Shown here: piece after piece, positions 32,532 through 44,252 of the stretch
Layout of the letters: every line of letters starts with the position of its first letter
Numbering within the stretch: the first letter of the stretch is position 1
Source: Pirellulales bacterium
GTDB taxonomy: Bacteria; Planctomycetota; Planctomycetia; Pirellulales; PALSA-1355
NCBI GenBank assembly: GCA_963733035.1
Contig: CAVTBU010000005.1
Location: 2,432,001-2,496,000 of the forward strand
Length of the DNA: 64,000 nucleotides
Direction: 5' to 3'
The notes under the pieces: model-generated
Told to the model about the DNA's origin: nothing
The model's database searches: none
What the model saw: the letters and a program-made list of their open reading frames with translations, nothing else
Program-made: the position numbers and the translations under genes

Positions 32532-34921
32532 CTAGCGCGGCACGACCGACACCGCATAGTCGCGGCCTTCCCAGCGCTCCCCGTCGGTCCAACGAAACGT
32601 GAAACGGATCGGAGACCGCTGTTCAGGCGCAACGGGCAAATCGACGTACGAGATGCCAAGCTCCAGGTCGCAGGCCGGGGTGTCCTGCACCGTTTGCCAC
32701 TCGTTGGCCGTCCAGTGCAATGCAAACTCGGCGGGCGCTGAATTCGCAGCGTTGCCCCCGCCGGCACCTGCGTTGCATGTCGATTCGGCTTCCAGACCTC
32801 AATCGTCGGCGGGCGCTGGCCCGAAAGGTATCGTTCGGCAACGTGCGGCAGAAAGTCGTAAACCTGGCCGTCGGCCACCGATCGCAACAGCGTGAGGTAC
32901 TCGGCATGCGCCCACACCAGCGGCATCGCCGAACCGGTCGGAGCTCCAAGCCACTGCCGCGCCTCCGGTCGATCGGGCGCGTCCCAAACCTGCTCGGGCA
33001 ACATGCCGCTGGCCGCAAATCCCTCCAGGGCCCGGATGTAGGGCTTAACGTCACGTCCCGCGGCAAGCTCATAGTGGGCTCGCTCGCCGGTAAGCAGGGG
33101 CCAACCGCGTCCACGCCCCCAGCCGTCGAATGCCCCGCCGTCGTCGCGCTGGCCATAGCCGTCATGGTTATAGCGCCGCCAGCAAGGGCCATGCGGCGTT
33201 TCCACTTTGAGCAGTTGATCGACCACACGCAGCGAGTCTTCCATCAACGGATCACCCGCCTTGCGAATGCCGTAGCGCACCAGCTCGAGGAAGCCGGCAT
33301 CCACGATGTCCTTGGCCGGGAACAGGTACTGCGAGCCGGGTGCCTGATTCTTGATGGGCACCATCGCCCGGTTCGGATCCTCCAAAGGCTCCGGGTCGCC
33401 AATCTCAACCGGCAGGATCCTGATGTAGTGCCGGGAGATGCCCGGCACGAGCGTGCTTTCGGTGGTGACCGTCCAGCGCTCGATGTTGCCCTCGAGAAAA
33501 TCGGCGTAGCGCCAGAGGTATTCGGCCACGTGCTGGTCGCCATGCTCGCTGGCCATTTCCGCCGCACAGGCCAGGGCCGCGATATTGGCCGCCAACGACG
33601 ACGGCGAGTAGCCGCTGTTCTCCTCCCAGCGTTCCTGCGGCGTGGCCGGCCCTTTCCGCACAAGATATCCGGCCGCGCTGAGCACCATCGGATAGGGATC
33701 GAATTCGCGAAGCGCGTGGGCCTGCTTCACTCGCCAGGCCAACAGGATGGCAAACGACACTTCATCGAGTTGCACGCCGTCCCAGTAGGGCTCGCCGCTG
33801 ATCCAGAAATTCTGATGAAAACCGCCCCCGTCTGCCTGCGTGCAACAAAGGTAGACCAACGAACGGTAGGGCGTGGCCGTGTTGCCGGTTGCCAGCAAGG
33901 CCGTGGAGCTGTGCACCATATCGCGGGGCCAAACGAGATGATAGCCACCCAGATCGTCATCCCCCTTTGCTTCGCCCCAGGGAATGCTGAGCGAGGCGAT
34001 CAGGGCGCCAGGGTAACTCTTGTCCTCGTGGGCCAAGAGCAAACTATGACTGCGGCGATAGAGCAGGCCATCGTCGCCGGTCGCGTTTTTCAGCGGAGCG
34101 ACATGGCCGCAGGTGCGCTGCCACTGTTCGATGAAACGTTCGCGGTGCGTGCCGAACGGTGTCTCGATCGATTGCACCAGCGTGGTCTGAGCATGATGCA
34201 TACTTTCGCCCAGCGCCACGCCCAGGGTGAACTGGTACGAGGTGCGCAGGTCGAGCTGCGCCACCAGAGCGATATTGCCGTCGATTGCCGAATCGAATTC
34301 CCAGTCCATTTGGAAATTGTCGGACAGGTCGGTCCAACCGTCGCTGCTGCCCACGTAGCCGCAGGATCGCTTGAGAAAGGGAACCGAGGCCCCCATCGCC
34401 AGCCAGGTGTTGCCCTTGGTGGCCATCAGCATCTCGCGGCAGGCCATCGTTCCCAGGAAACCGCTGTTGCCACGGCCACAGCCTTCCAGGTGCGGAGCCA
34501 ACAGGGCGTAGACCTTGAGCTGCTCGAGCAGGGTCTCGTCCGCTTCGATCCGCGCGTTGACAAGCAGGCAAGCATAGTGCGGATCGGTAATGATCTCCTT
34601 GACGATTCGATAGCCGTGCTGTTCGTTGGTGTTGGTGAGACGAAAACCCAGCGAATGCTCGGAAAGCTGCTCCAGTTCCCAGGTCGTGTCACGGCGTTCG
34701 TCGTGGAAGAACGTCTCGCCGTCGGTGATCAAGAACTGCAGGTCGCGAATCTGCGGCCGGTCAATCGTTGGGTAGTAAATCTCGCTGACGATGCCCGCGG
34801 CCAGCGTGAACCACAGCCGGCTGCCGGCAAAGTACGCAGTGCCCACGGCCGACTTGTCGCTGCGCGTCCAGCGCGGCTCGATACCCGGGGCTCCAAAGGC
34901 GGGACGATCTGTGCGGCACAT
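32532..34921 (-). CDS. GH15 glucoamylase/glucodextranase (frameshift near 32738)
   Basis: AFGAPGIEPRW, SEIYYP, GGYHLVWPRD, QLDE, QERWEE, LPEQVW and PLVWAHAEY. The C-terminal domain LHWTANEW... lies in another frame. Confidence 0.9.
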
Positions 34922-35160
34922 GGCGGGGATCTTGCTTGGGCGAAGTGGGTCCAGGGAAGGCTAGCGCTCGTTTTTGCAGACGAATCCCACCCCGGGCAAA
35001 CCGCACCGCAGGGGACCAGCAAAGTCTAGCTTGCCGCCGGAGATCGTGCGAAATCCCCGAGGAATTGTCCCCCCCGTCCCCCCGTCCAGCGGTTCCCACG
35101 GGCGTATACTAAAAGTACGGAACTCCTCGGCCGCCTGTGTCCCTATCTGCCCGAGCTGTC

Positions 35161-37146
35161 ATGAGCATCGACACCGACCTGGTCTCCATCGGCATCCACC
35201 ATCACCAGGCGGGACGCGTCGAAGAGGCGCTGGCGATTTACCGGCAGGCACTCTCTGGCGATCCGCAAAATGCGGCCGTGCTGAGTTTGTTGGGCGCGGC
35301 CTGCATCAACTTGCATCGCTGGGACGAAGCTGCCAGGCACCTGGCCGAGGCGCTCCGCTCCGACCCGAACCTTCCGGCCGTGCACGACAACCTGGGCGTG
35401 TTACAGGCCAAACAAGGCCGCCTCGGCGAAGCGGTGATCAGCTTTCGCCGGGCCGCCGAGCTGAGTCCCAACAATCCCCAGACGCAACTCAACCTGGCCG
35501 CGGCACTCGATCGCCAGGGAGATACCGCTGGAGCGATCGAAGCCTATCGGGCTGCCGCCCATTTGGCTCCCAACTCGCTCAAGGCGCATCGCGAAGCCGC
35601 GCGGCTCTTGCAGGCCGCTGGCCGCCTGACCGAGGCCGTACCCCATTTGCGACAGCTCGCGCGATTGAAAAGCCAGGACCCCGAAACCCGCTTTGAACTG
35701 GCCGCCGCGCTGGCCCAGTCCGGACAAACGGGAGACGCGATTACGGCCTATCAGGAGGTCTTGGCGCTCAAGCCCGACTCGGCCGAGGCGTGCGTCAATC
35801 TCGCTCAGCTCTACGTCGATAAGCGCGACTACGGTGCCGCGATGGAGGTCGCCCAAAACGCCGTTCGCCTGCGGCCTCGATTTGCCGAGGCCCACTTGAA
35901 CCTGGCCACCGCGCTGATGGGACTCAAGCGAAACGACGAAGCCCGAGTCGCGCTCGATACCTGCATGCGACTCAAACCCGAGCTTGCCCAGGCCTACAAC
36001 AACCTGGGCAACATCCTGGCCGACGAGTTCGACTTTGTCGGTGCCCAGCGCGAGTATCAGCGGGCGCTGGAGCGCAATCCGCAAAACGCCCAAGCCCTGT
36101 ACAACCTGGGAATCGCAGTGCTTCGGCAAGGTGACGTGCAGCCGTCACTCGAGTACTTCGAGCGTGCGCTACTGTTGGCGCCCGACTATGCCGAGGCCCA
36201 TCACAACCGCGCCAGCGCACTGCTGCTGCTGGGGCGGTTCGAGGAAGGGCTGGCCGAGTACGAGTGGCGATTCCGTTCACGCGATTTTCCTTCGTTCCGT
36301 CCCCGTTGGAAGGTTTGGGAAGGGGGTTCACCCGCCGGAAAGACGCTGGTGCTCGTGGCCGAACAGGGATTGGGCGACACGCTGCAATTCGTGCGCTATG
36401 CGCGGATGCTATCGGCCGAAGGGGCGCGGGTGATCGTCGAGTGCAATCCGGCGCTGCACCCCATTCTGGCCCGCACGCCGGGCGTCGAGCAGTGGATTGG
36501 CCCGGCCGATCCGGCGCCCGCGGCCGATGGCTGCGTGCCGCTGATGAGCATGCCGCATCGCATGCAAACCCGCGTGGAAACCATTCCCTCGGAAGTGCCT
36601 TACATCTTCGCCGACCATGAGCGCACGGCAGCCTGGCGCGACCAGGTTGTTGAACAAGGCCGGTTTCGCGTCGGCATTGCCTGGCAAGGAAACCCTCACG
36701 CCCCCTTCGACCGCGAACGCTCGATTCCATTGGAACACTTCGCTCCGCTGTCTCGCATCCCCGGCGTGCGCCTGTTTAGTTTGCAGAAAGGGGAGGGGAG
36801 CGAGCAACTGGCGGAAGTCGCCGAAAAGTCGGGCATCGTCGATTTCGGCGAGCGGCTCGACGCCGCCGATGGTGCGTTCACCGACACCGCCGCGATCATG
36901 CAGCACCTCGACCTGGTGATCACCAGCGACACGGCCATCGCCCACCTGGCCGGAGCCCTCGGCGTGCCGGTTTGGGTTGCGCTTACCGCGGTGCCCGACT
37001 GGCGCTGGCTGCTGGAGCGCGAAGACAGCCCCTGGTATCCGACTGCGCGGCTGTTTCGGCAGCATGAGTTTGGGGATTGGGGCGAGGTGTTTAAGCGGAT
37101 GGCCCTGGAACTCGAACGTTTGTCTGGCGATCGAAGTCGCCCATAG
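35161..37146 (+). CDS. TPR-repeat protein with C-terminal GT9-like glycosyltransferase
   Basis: About 10 TPRs (AYNNLGN, ALYNLG), then AEQGLGDTLQFVRY, VGIAWQGNP and DLVITSDTAIAHLAGALG. Confidence 0.9.
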   Translation: MSIDTDLVSIGIHHHQAGRVEEALAIYRQALSGDPQNAAVLSLLGAACINLHRWDEAARHLAEALRSDPNLPAVHDNLGVLQAKQGRLGEAVISFRRAAELSPNNPQTQLNLAAALDRQGDTAGAIEAYRAAAHLAPNSLKAHREAARLLQAAGRLTEAVPHLRQLARLKSQDPETRFELAAALAQSGQTGDAITAYQEVLALKPDSAEACVNLAQLYVDKRDYGAAMEVAQNAVRLRPRFAEAHLNLATALMGLKRNDEARVALDTCMRLKPELAQAYNNLGNILADEFDFVGAQREYQRALERNPQNAQALYNLGIAVLRQGDVQPSLEYFERALLLAPDYAEAHHNRASALLLLGRFEEGLAEYEWRFRSRDFPSFRPRWKVWEGGSPAGKTLVLVAEQGLGDTLQFVRYARMLSAEGARVIVECNPALHPILARTPGVEQWIGPADPAPAADGCVPLMSMPHRMQTRVETIPSEVPYIFADHERTAAWRDQVVEQGRFRVGIAWQGNPHAPFDRERSIPLEHFAPLSRIPGVRLFSLQKGEGSEQLAEVAEKSGIVDFGERLDAADGAFTDTAAIMQHLDLVITSDTAIAHLAGALGVPVWVALTAVPDWRWLLEREDSPWYPTARLFRQHEFGDWGEVFKRMALELERLSGDRSRP

Positions 37147-40100
37147 CCGACGAGTTCCTTTCGGGCTGCGGGTCTAGCCGGATTGTGACTTCGCCCTCCG
37201 ACTGGTCGAAGTGGTACACCTGCTTGCCGGCGGTGATTTCGACCGGTACGTCAATCAGCCCTCGGTATTCGGCCGAACCTCCGTCGTCGGTGGCCTCGAC
37301 GAAGACGTCGCCGCCAATGAGGTCCCCGTAGCGGATGCCCTCCGCTGGGTGAAACTGGTAGCGCTGCCGCACACCGAGAATGGGCTTGCCTTTGCGTTGC
37401 TGAAGTTTGTCCAGATCACCGATCACGCGAATCTTCAAATCACGCCGCGGTGGTATCGCTACGCGAATGTCCGACTGCCCGGCCTGCACGGGCGGCAGCA
37501 TCACTTTCGCACCGTCCGCCGCTTCGGCCATTACGAGATAGTACGCGCCTTTCCGCAACTGATCGATCGAAAAATGGCCGTCCTCGTCGACACGAACTTC
37601 CCGAGGTTCCGGACGGCTGATTGTGCTATGCCCAAAGACGGCCACCCGCATCCTGAGGGCCGCACCTTTTGCAGGCGCGCCACCGGGTGAAAGCAATATG
37701 CCGGTTGCCGGCCGGGCCATGCGCAACTTGAACTTGAGCGGCGCGTCCGGCGGACCGGGAACCGAAGTGTTGGTGGGCAACGTTGTGCTCAGCGGTTGAT
37801 AGCCAGGGGCACTTACCGAGAGTTTATACGCCGCCTCCTGCGTCAAATGGCTGAGCGCCAAGGTACCGTGCGCATCCGCTTTGTGCGGGATTGCGGGGCC
37901 TGACGAACCGTTTCCCAAGGCAGGAACCGCCACGACCTCGGCTGGAACAGGGTCGCCATCTTCATTTTCAAAATCGAGGTACCACGTCACTCCCTCCCGA
38001 AGCATCAGGCGCACATCGGCAAGCTGCTGCCCCGGCTCCAGATCGAAAGGGCCGGCAATTGCCGGAGCGAAGTCATCCGCGAAAAACGCGAGTCGAACGG
38101 TGCCGGCCGGTATGGTTAGCGTGAATCGGTCTGTGAAGCGATCCGCCGTCCCCATCGTCGTGTTGCCGTTTCGATCCAGGTGCTGATAGTGCAGCATGCC
38201 TTCGCGTGTCGCCGGCGAACCGTCCGCCAGGACGATGCGGCCGCTGATGGTGGCTTTGGCATCGGCGGGCGGCTTCGGATTGGTCCGCGTGCCATTGGCA
38301 GGCACGCCGTCCGATGGATCCAACGTCAGTGTGATTTCTTGACTCTCTGTGATTCGTCCGAAAGGATAGCCCCGGTTGCCAATCCATAGGGTCAGCTCGC
38401 CGGGCATCAGCCCCCCACACTCCGCGAATCCACCTTCGGCCGTCGGCGTGACAGAGACATACTTGTTAAACAAATCGAACACCGTGGCATTCTTGACGGG
38501 CTCAAACTTGAACGGCTGGCGGATGTTCAAGACGGGTCGACCATTCCGTAGCGGAAGTCGGCCAACGTCGCCGACAATTCGAATGCGCACATCGATTCGC
38601 GGGGACACCGCGACCCGGATATCCGTCTGTCCGGCTTGCAGGAGCGGCAGCGCGGCTTTGGCGCCGTCCTGGGATTCGACAACATATTGGTACCACCTGT
38701 CGTCCTGCAATTGGTCGAGCGTGAAGCGTCCGTGCAGGTCTGTCTTCGTCGTAGTGTCGTCATTGTAGATGGAGAGTTCACCCTCATGTGCCGAGGCGCG
38801 CAAACTAATCGTGGCATCAGCCAGCGGCTGACCACTCTCGTCAACGACAACGCCGCCGGAGAGCCGCGCCTTTTTGAGTTCGAGCGTCACGGTTTCACCG
38901 GAGCGAATCTTGCGATACTGATCGAATCCGCTTTGATAGCCCGGTGCGCGGGCATTTAACGCATAGGGCACATCTGCCAGGTGCGTCAGCTCGAAGCGGC
39001 CATCGGAACCGCCGGTAATCGTAGGGGACGCGCCAGTGGCGTCGTCTCCGATTCGGGGGAGTGCCACGATCTGCACATTCTCGATCGGCTCGCCCGTACT
39101 GCTTTTGACCTGCAACGTTGCCGAGAAACCCTCTTCCAGCGTGAGTTTGATGTCATCCAGGTGGGCGCCAGCGGCAAGCGTGAAGGGGCCCTTCCAGGCC
39201 GGCGCATAGCCATCGGCAAAGTACTTCAGCCATACCGTTCCGGGTACAACAGCACCGGAAAACCGATCGGCAACTCCTTCCTCAAGAAGTCCGGAGTGGC
39301 CACTTCCCGAGTTATCTCTTTGTACGTAGTACAGAGACCCCGTACCGCGGTGCGGCGAACCGTCGGCCAGTAGGATGCGGCCGCTGATGGTGGCCTTGGC
39401 ATCTTTCGGAGGCTTGGGGGCCGCCGGCAGATTGTCGACCGTAGTCCACTCAAACTCGCGCACTTGAAACTCAAACTGCTTGATCTCGTCCGGTTTGAGG
39501 TCCTTGAACACGTAGATGGATTGGTTCACCGTGTCTGCGGCAATCATGTGCGAAAAACGAGTAGCGCCGTGAGTGCCGTTCGCGCGATCGATCGCGACCA
39601 ACCTTGTATCCTGGTCAAACCAGTTGTGCGAAACCACGATCATCGTGTCACCGTCCTTCTCGAACGCACCGGAAAGGACGATTCCTTTGCGCCGGTTGTC
39701 ACCCTGTGCTTGAGCGTACGTGTCGCCGCGGTAGACCGTGGTCCATGCGCCGTTCGCAATGCCTACGCGCAGTGTCAGCGTCTTGGCCGCTTCCGGTACC
39801 ACGGCGAGCTCCTTCAGTACGATCGGCTGTCGATCGTGGAACTCGATCGATGGCAACGTTCCGCGCAATCATTTGTCCCGAGCTAATCTCATAACGAACA
39901 GCCGAAGTGCGAGTCAGACCCGGTAGCTCAAAGACGACTTGTCGGCAATTTGGCGGTTTCATCAGGTCGGTGTTACGGTTACCACCGATACGGTTCGGCG
40001 AGGGAGCCGCACACGGATCGCCCTCCATGTTCCACCATTGCGGCTCGCCGGTCTTCAAGGCATCGCTTCGGCCAATCGCCAATACTTTGACAGCAGGGAC

Positions 40101-41363
40101 ATCGGAGGGCTCAGCCTTCTTGTCCGGCGGTTTGACAACCTGGCTCACCGCGTCCGGTTCGCCTGATTTTGCTAGTGACGTCGATACCGACGACGGATGC
40201 GAGAATCCGATAACTGGAGTCGCGATTAGTGCGATGGCAAGCGCAGTCACCGCAACTGCGTTTCCCCGTGAAAGACGCAGTGGATCGCGCATGGGTTCGT
40301 CGAGCAGCGCGGCCACGCGGCGCCGCAACTGGCTGGGTGAACCTCCATCGGCAGCCAGGGCGGCAATATCCGCTTGCGCAAGCAAATGACTTGTCGTCGA
40401 TTCGAAGCACTGCATCTCCACCAAATGGACGAGCGCCCCGGCATATCGAATGCGCGTCTGAATGGATGCGCCAGCCGCGCGGCCACAGGCCAGTTCGTCG
40501 CAGCAGAACTCACGCAGCGCGCTGACGCGGTGGCTCAGGTACCACAGCCCCGGATTGAAGAACAGCACTGACTCGGCCAACCGCTGCAGGAAATGTACCC
40601 ACAGGTCGTGGCGCCGCACGTGGGCCAACTCGTGAGCGAGGATCATTTCTAGTTCCGCCGCCGACAAACCGCTGACTGCCGCCAGCGGGAACACGATGGT
40701 TGGACGAACCAAGCCGGTCACGCAAGGCATCGCCAGCCGCTGGGAAATCGCCAGCCGCGGTACGGCATGCAGCCGCCAGCGCTCGGCGAGCGAGCGGAGT
40801 GAAGTTGCCAGGGGGGCGCTGATGAGCGGCTCCGCTTGGGCCAGCAGCCGCTGGCTGCGCCACACCCCGCGCAAGAGTCGCCCCAACATAAGCAGCACGC
40901 CCAGCGCGTACAGGACCACGACCCAGCGGGTGATCCGCTGCGCCATCGGGTGTGGTTCCGCCGCGGCCGGAACCGTCGCACTCGCGGAAGCGGGTGGTGC
41001 TTGCCGGTCGGTTCCGGCCAAGTTGGCGAAGGGAATTGTGGCGGAACGCTGATCCCGCTCGGCAATCGAAACGAATTCGACTTCGGAAGTTTGCGCCCGC
41101 CGCGCATCAGGCGGTGAGAAGGACGCCGGCTCAAGCACCGACCAAGTCGTTGCCACGGCGGCCAGTCCCAACACTAGCGCGGCGACGTGCAAGTTGTATC
41201 GCCACTCGACCGATAATCGCTGCAACAGCCGATCCATGAGCCAGACCACACCCGCCAGCGCCGCAAACTGCCATAACGAATGGAGCAGCGTTAGGCACAA
41301 CCGGCCGCTAAACGAGGCGTCAACTCCCAAGCGTTCGACGAGCATGCTCCAGGCGTTCATCAC
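37091..41363 (-). CDS. BlaR1/M56 metallopeptidase with large repeated extracytoplasmic region (frameshift near 39865)
   Basis: LLHSLWQ, HELAHVRRHD, LFFNP and REFCCD, continuing into the 925-aa ORF with carboxypeptidase-regulatory-like repeats. The start overlaps the blaI stop. Confidence 0.85.
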
Positions 41364-41755
41364 GGCTGCTCCTTGGCCTTGCGATTGATCAGCTTGCGAA
41401 GCTCGGCGAGTTCCGCGGCGTCGATGTCAGACGTTTCGATCAAGTTGAGCGCCATTTCGGCCGGCGATCCGCCAAACAGTCGCGTGGCCAGATCGCCCAG
41501 CACGCCACGCTGCAGCGTTTGCTGCTGGAGCTTGGGCGAAAACAAGTACGCCTTGCCTTCCTTGCGTCGGCGCAGAAAGCCCTTGCGAACCATGATGTTG
41601 AGCATCGTGATCACCGAACTGTGGGCCAGCTCGCGCCGGGCATCGGCGGCCAGCCGGGCACGGACCTCGCGGACCGGCAGCGGCGACTCAGCCCAGAGGA
41701 CCTTGAGGATCTCGAGCTCCAGTTCCGTGGGATATTCGGACTCGCGTCGGGCCAT
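41360..41755 (-). CDS. BlaI/MecI/CopY-family repressor
   Basis: PTELELEILKVLW...VREV...SVITMLNIMVRKGFL...LFGGSP. Confidence 0.93.
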   Translation of the reverse strand: MARRESEYPTELELEILKVLWAESPLPVREVRARLAADARRELAHSSVITMLNIMVRKGFLRRRKEGKAYLFSPKLQQQTLQRGVLGDLATRLFGGSPAEMALNLIETSDIDAAELAELRKLINRKAKEQP

Positions 41756-41826
41756 GTTTTTGTTCCGCGGAAAAGAAACCTCTCTGGCAGGAATCGTGTG
41801 AGGCAATTCCAAGCCGTCTCCAACAC

Positions 41827-41887
41827 CATCTAATTCTTTAGACAGTTCACGCCGCCAAGTCAATAGAACCATCTAATTTTTTAGATG
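41827..41887. promoter_or_regulatory. Twin palindromic operators around the blaI promoter
   Basis: TCTAA-TTCT-TTAGA (41829-41842) and CATCTAA-TTTT-TTAGATG (41870-41887). A minus-strand TTGACT (41858-41863) lies between them, and its N17-spaced TAAAGA falls within the first palindrome. Confidence 0.75.
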
Positions 41888-42093
41888 ATGTGGCGGCGTG
41901 GCGAAAAACCAGCCCGCCGCTCGCGACGGATCGGCGGCGCCCGCGGCAATGCCGCACGGGTGGCAAAGTCTACCTAAAGTCCGCCCCCAACTTTTCTTGC
42001 ACTTCGCCCGCCAAGCGGCTACCTTGGAGGGGCCCGCCGGGCTTGATGTGGCCCGCCTTGCCTGCCTGCTTTTTCGCCGCGAAGGTGCGATTG

Positions 42094-43557
42094 ATGAGCA
42101 CTCGGTATCACACGATTCCCCAGCACTTGCGTCTCCATCGCCGTGCGGCCATTCAGGCCGGGGCGGTCGGACTTTTGGGGCTGGGGATGAATCACGTGGA
42201 CGGGCTGCGAGCGCTCGCCGCCACGACGGACCGGGCGGGTTCGAGCGATCCCAAGGCCAAGAACGTCATTTACATCTTCCTGTCGGGCGGATTGGCACAG
42301 CACGACAGCTTCGACATGAAGCCCGGCGCTCCCGAGGGGATTCGCGGCGAGTTCCATCCGGCCGCCACGCGCACTCCGGGCTTGCAGATTTGCGAGCACC
42401 TGCCGATGCTGGCCGAGCGGAGCAACCTGTGGTCGCTGGTGCGCTCAATGCATCACGGCCAGCCGGAGCACTCGGCCGGCCACCTGCTGATGCTCACCGG
42501 GCGGAACAAACTCCCCATCGGATTCAACCCCTCGAAGCCGAAACCCACCGACTGGCCCTCGATGGCGGCGATTGCCAACGCCATCTGCAAGCCGCGCAAC
42601 AACGTGCCACCGTCGGTCGTGCTTCCCGAGGTGTTGATTCATCGCGAGGGGCGGGTCATCCCCGGCCAGTTTGCCGGCGAGATGGGCTCGCAGCGTGACC
42701 CGATGTTCATCAGCTACGCCCGTTTCAGTAGCACGGCCTACGGTGCCTGGCCCGAGTATGGGTTTCACCATGCCCACGGGCGCGAGAATCCAAAGGATAT
42801 GGCCTTCGAGGCGCCGAATCTTTCGCTGCAGGCCGACATGGACCCGCGGCGGTTCGATCGGCGATTGCAACTGCTCGACACGATCGGTGAGCAAGCCGAA
42901 GAGCTCGAGCGCGCGGCCGAGAACGAGGCGTTCGATCGCGAGCGACAGAAAGCAATCTCACTGCTGGCCGACAAGAAAACGCAGGCCGCCTTTCGCATCG
43001 ACAACGCCAATCCGAAAACGCTCGATCGCTACGGGCGGAACACCTTCGGCTGGTCGCTGTTGATCGCGCGGCAGCTCGTCGAAGCGGGCGTACGCATGGT
43101 GCAAGTGAACCTGGGAAACGACGAAACCTGGGACACGCACGGCAACATCTTTCCTTCCCTGAAAGACTTCCTCTTTCCGCCGACGGATCGAGCCGTGTCC
43201 GCGCTGCTCGACGATTTGCAAGACCGGGGATTGTTGGATTCGACCTTGATCGTGATGGCCGGTGAAATGGGAAGAACCCCCAAGATCTCGCATCTGCCGG
43301 CGCACTACGCCCTGCCGGGCCGCGACCACTGGGGCACGCAAACCGTGTGGCTGGCCGGCGGCGGCGTGCAAGGCGGACGCGTGATCGGCGCCACCGACAA
43401 GATCGGCGCCCTGCCGGCTGCCAATCCGCAAACGCCCGAGAACATGGCCGCCACGATTTACCAGGCCCTGGGCATCCCGCGCGAGCTCGCCTGGCACGAC
43501 CACACGAACCGCCCCCACTTCGTGTATTTCGCCGACCCGATCCCGGGTTTGACCTAA
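42094..43557 (+). CDS. DUF1501 domain protein
   Basis: RRAAIQAG Tat-like leader, IFLSGG, DSFDMKP, ARQLVEAGV, WDTH, GEMGRTP and GRDHW. Confidence 0.93.
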   Translation: MSTRYHTIPQHLRLHRRAAIQAGAVGLLGLGMNHVDGLRALAATTDRAGSSDPKAKNVIYIFLSGGLAQHDSFDMKPGAPEGIRGEFHPAATRTPGLQICEHLPMLAERSNLWSLVRSMHHGQPEHSAGHLLMLTGRNKLPIGFNPSKPKPTDWPSMAAIANAICKPRNNVPPSVVLPEVLIHREGRVIPGQFAGEMGSQRDPMFISYARFSSTAYGAWPEYGFHHAHGRENPKDMAFEAPNLSLQADMDPRRFDRRLQLLDTIGEQAEELERAAENEAFDRERQKAISLLADKKTQAAFRIDNANPKTLDRYGRNTFGWSLLIARQLVEAGVRMVQVNLGNDETWDTHGNIFPSLKDFLFPPTDRAVSALLDDLQDRGLLDSTLIVMAGEMGRTPKISHLPAHYALPGRDHWGTQTVWLAGGGVQGGRVIGATDKIGALPAANPQTPENMAATIYQALGIPRELAWHDHTNRPHFVYFADPIPGLT

Positions 43558-43596
43558 ACGGCCAGCCCACAGGTGTGCACAACCCGAGTGCGCGGT

Positions 43597-44145
43597 TTAC
43601 GAACCGGTCGATGGCTTCGACGTTTCTACGTCCGACATCGCCTTGCCGATCTGCGACGAGCGCAGCCGTCCGATTTCCCCGTCGGGCGACACCGCCATCC
43701 AATAAACCCAGTACTCGTGGAGATTCTCCGAATCCGGGGCCAATTGGACGACGATCTCCGGTGAGGAGCCAATTCGCACTTCGTGACGTGCGCCGGGGTG
43801 CGAGTGGTGTGCCGCGATGAAGCGGACCTTAGCCAGTTCTTCGAGGATTGCGCGCGGACGGCGGGCTCGCTGGCCATCGACAGATACGGTTGATCGATCG
43901 TTCGTTGCCCGCATGAGCCGGGCGCGCATCAGATACCTGGCATAGGCATTCGTCGTTTCGATGCCAATTGCGATCAGCAGCGCCGTCGTGAGCAACCAGG
44001 CGAAAATCAGGCGACTCCAGAATCGGTGGCGATGGCTGGGCGGAAGCGCTCGTGGACGAAAATTCGGTACCCACCAGATCACGGCGAAAATCAACACCGC
44101 GCTACCAACCGCGCACGCGATCAGAATGGCATTGTGCACGCTCAT
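43597..44145 (-). CDS. Hypothetical membrane protein
   Basis: Two hydrophobic helices and an RBS GGAG; fills the gap between a terminator and the DUF1501 gene. Confidence 0.55.
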   Translation of the reverse strand: MSVHNAILIACAVGSAVLIFAVIWWVPNFRPRALPPSHRHRFWSRLIFAWLLTTALLIAIGIETTNAYARYLMRARLMRATNDRSTVSVDGQRARRPRAILEELAKVRFIAAHHSHPGARHEVRIGSSPEIVVQLAPDSENLHEYWVYWMAVSPDGEIGRLRSSQIGKAMSDVETSKPSTGS

Positions 44146-44172
44146 GCCGGCAGAATTGCTCCGGGGCGAAAC

Positions 44173-44213
44173 AAAAAACGGGGATGCAACTCGCTCTCAG
44201 AGTTGCACCCCCG
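44173..44213 (-). terminator. Rho-independent terminator ending the molybdoenzyme operon
   Basis: Minus strand CGGGGGTGCAACTC-loop-GAGTTGCATCCCCG followed by TTTTTT. Confidence 0.85.
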
Positions 44214-44252
44214 ACCATTCTACAGAATGCCGAGATATTCCGCGTGCCGTGC

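Noticed and set aside
32720..35029. 769-aa plus-strand ORF
   Set aside because: Antisense shadow of the GH15 gene.
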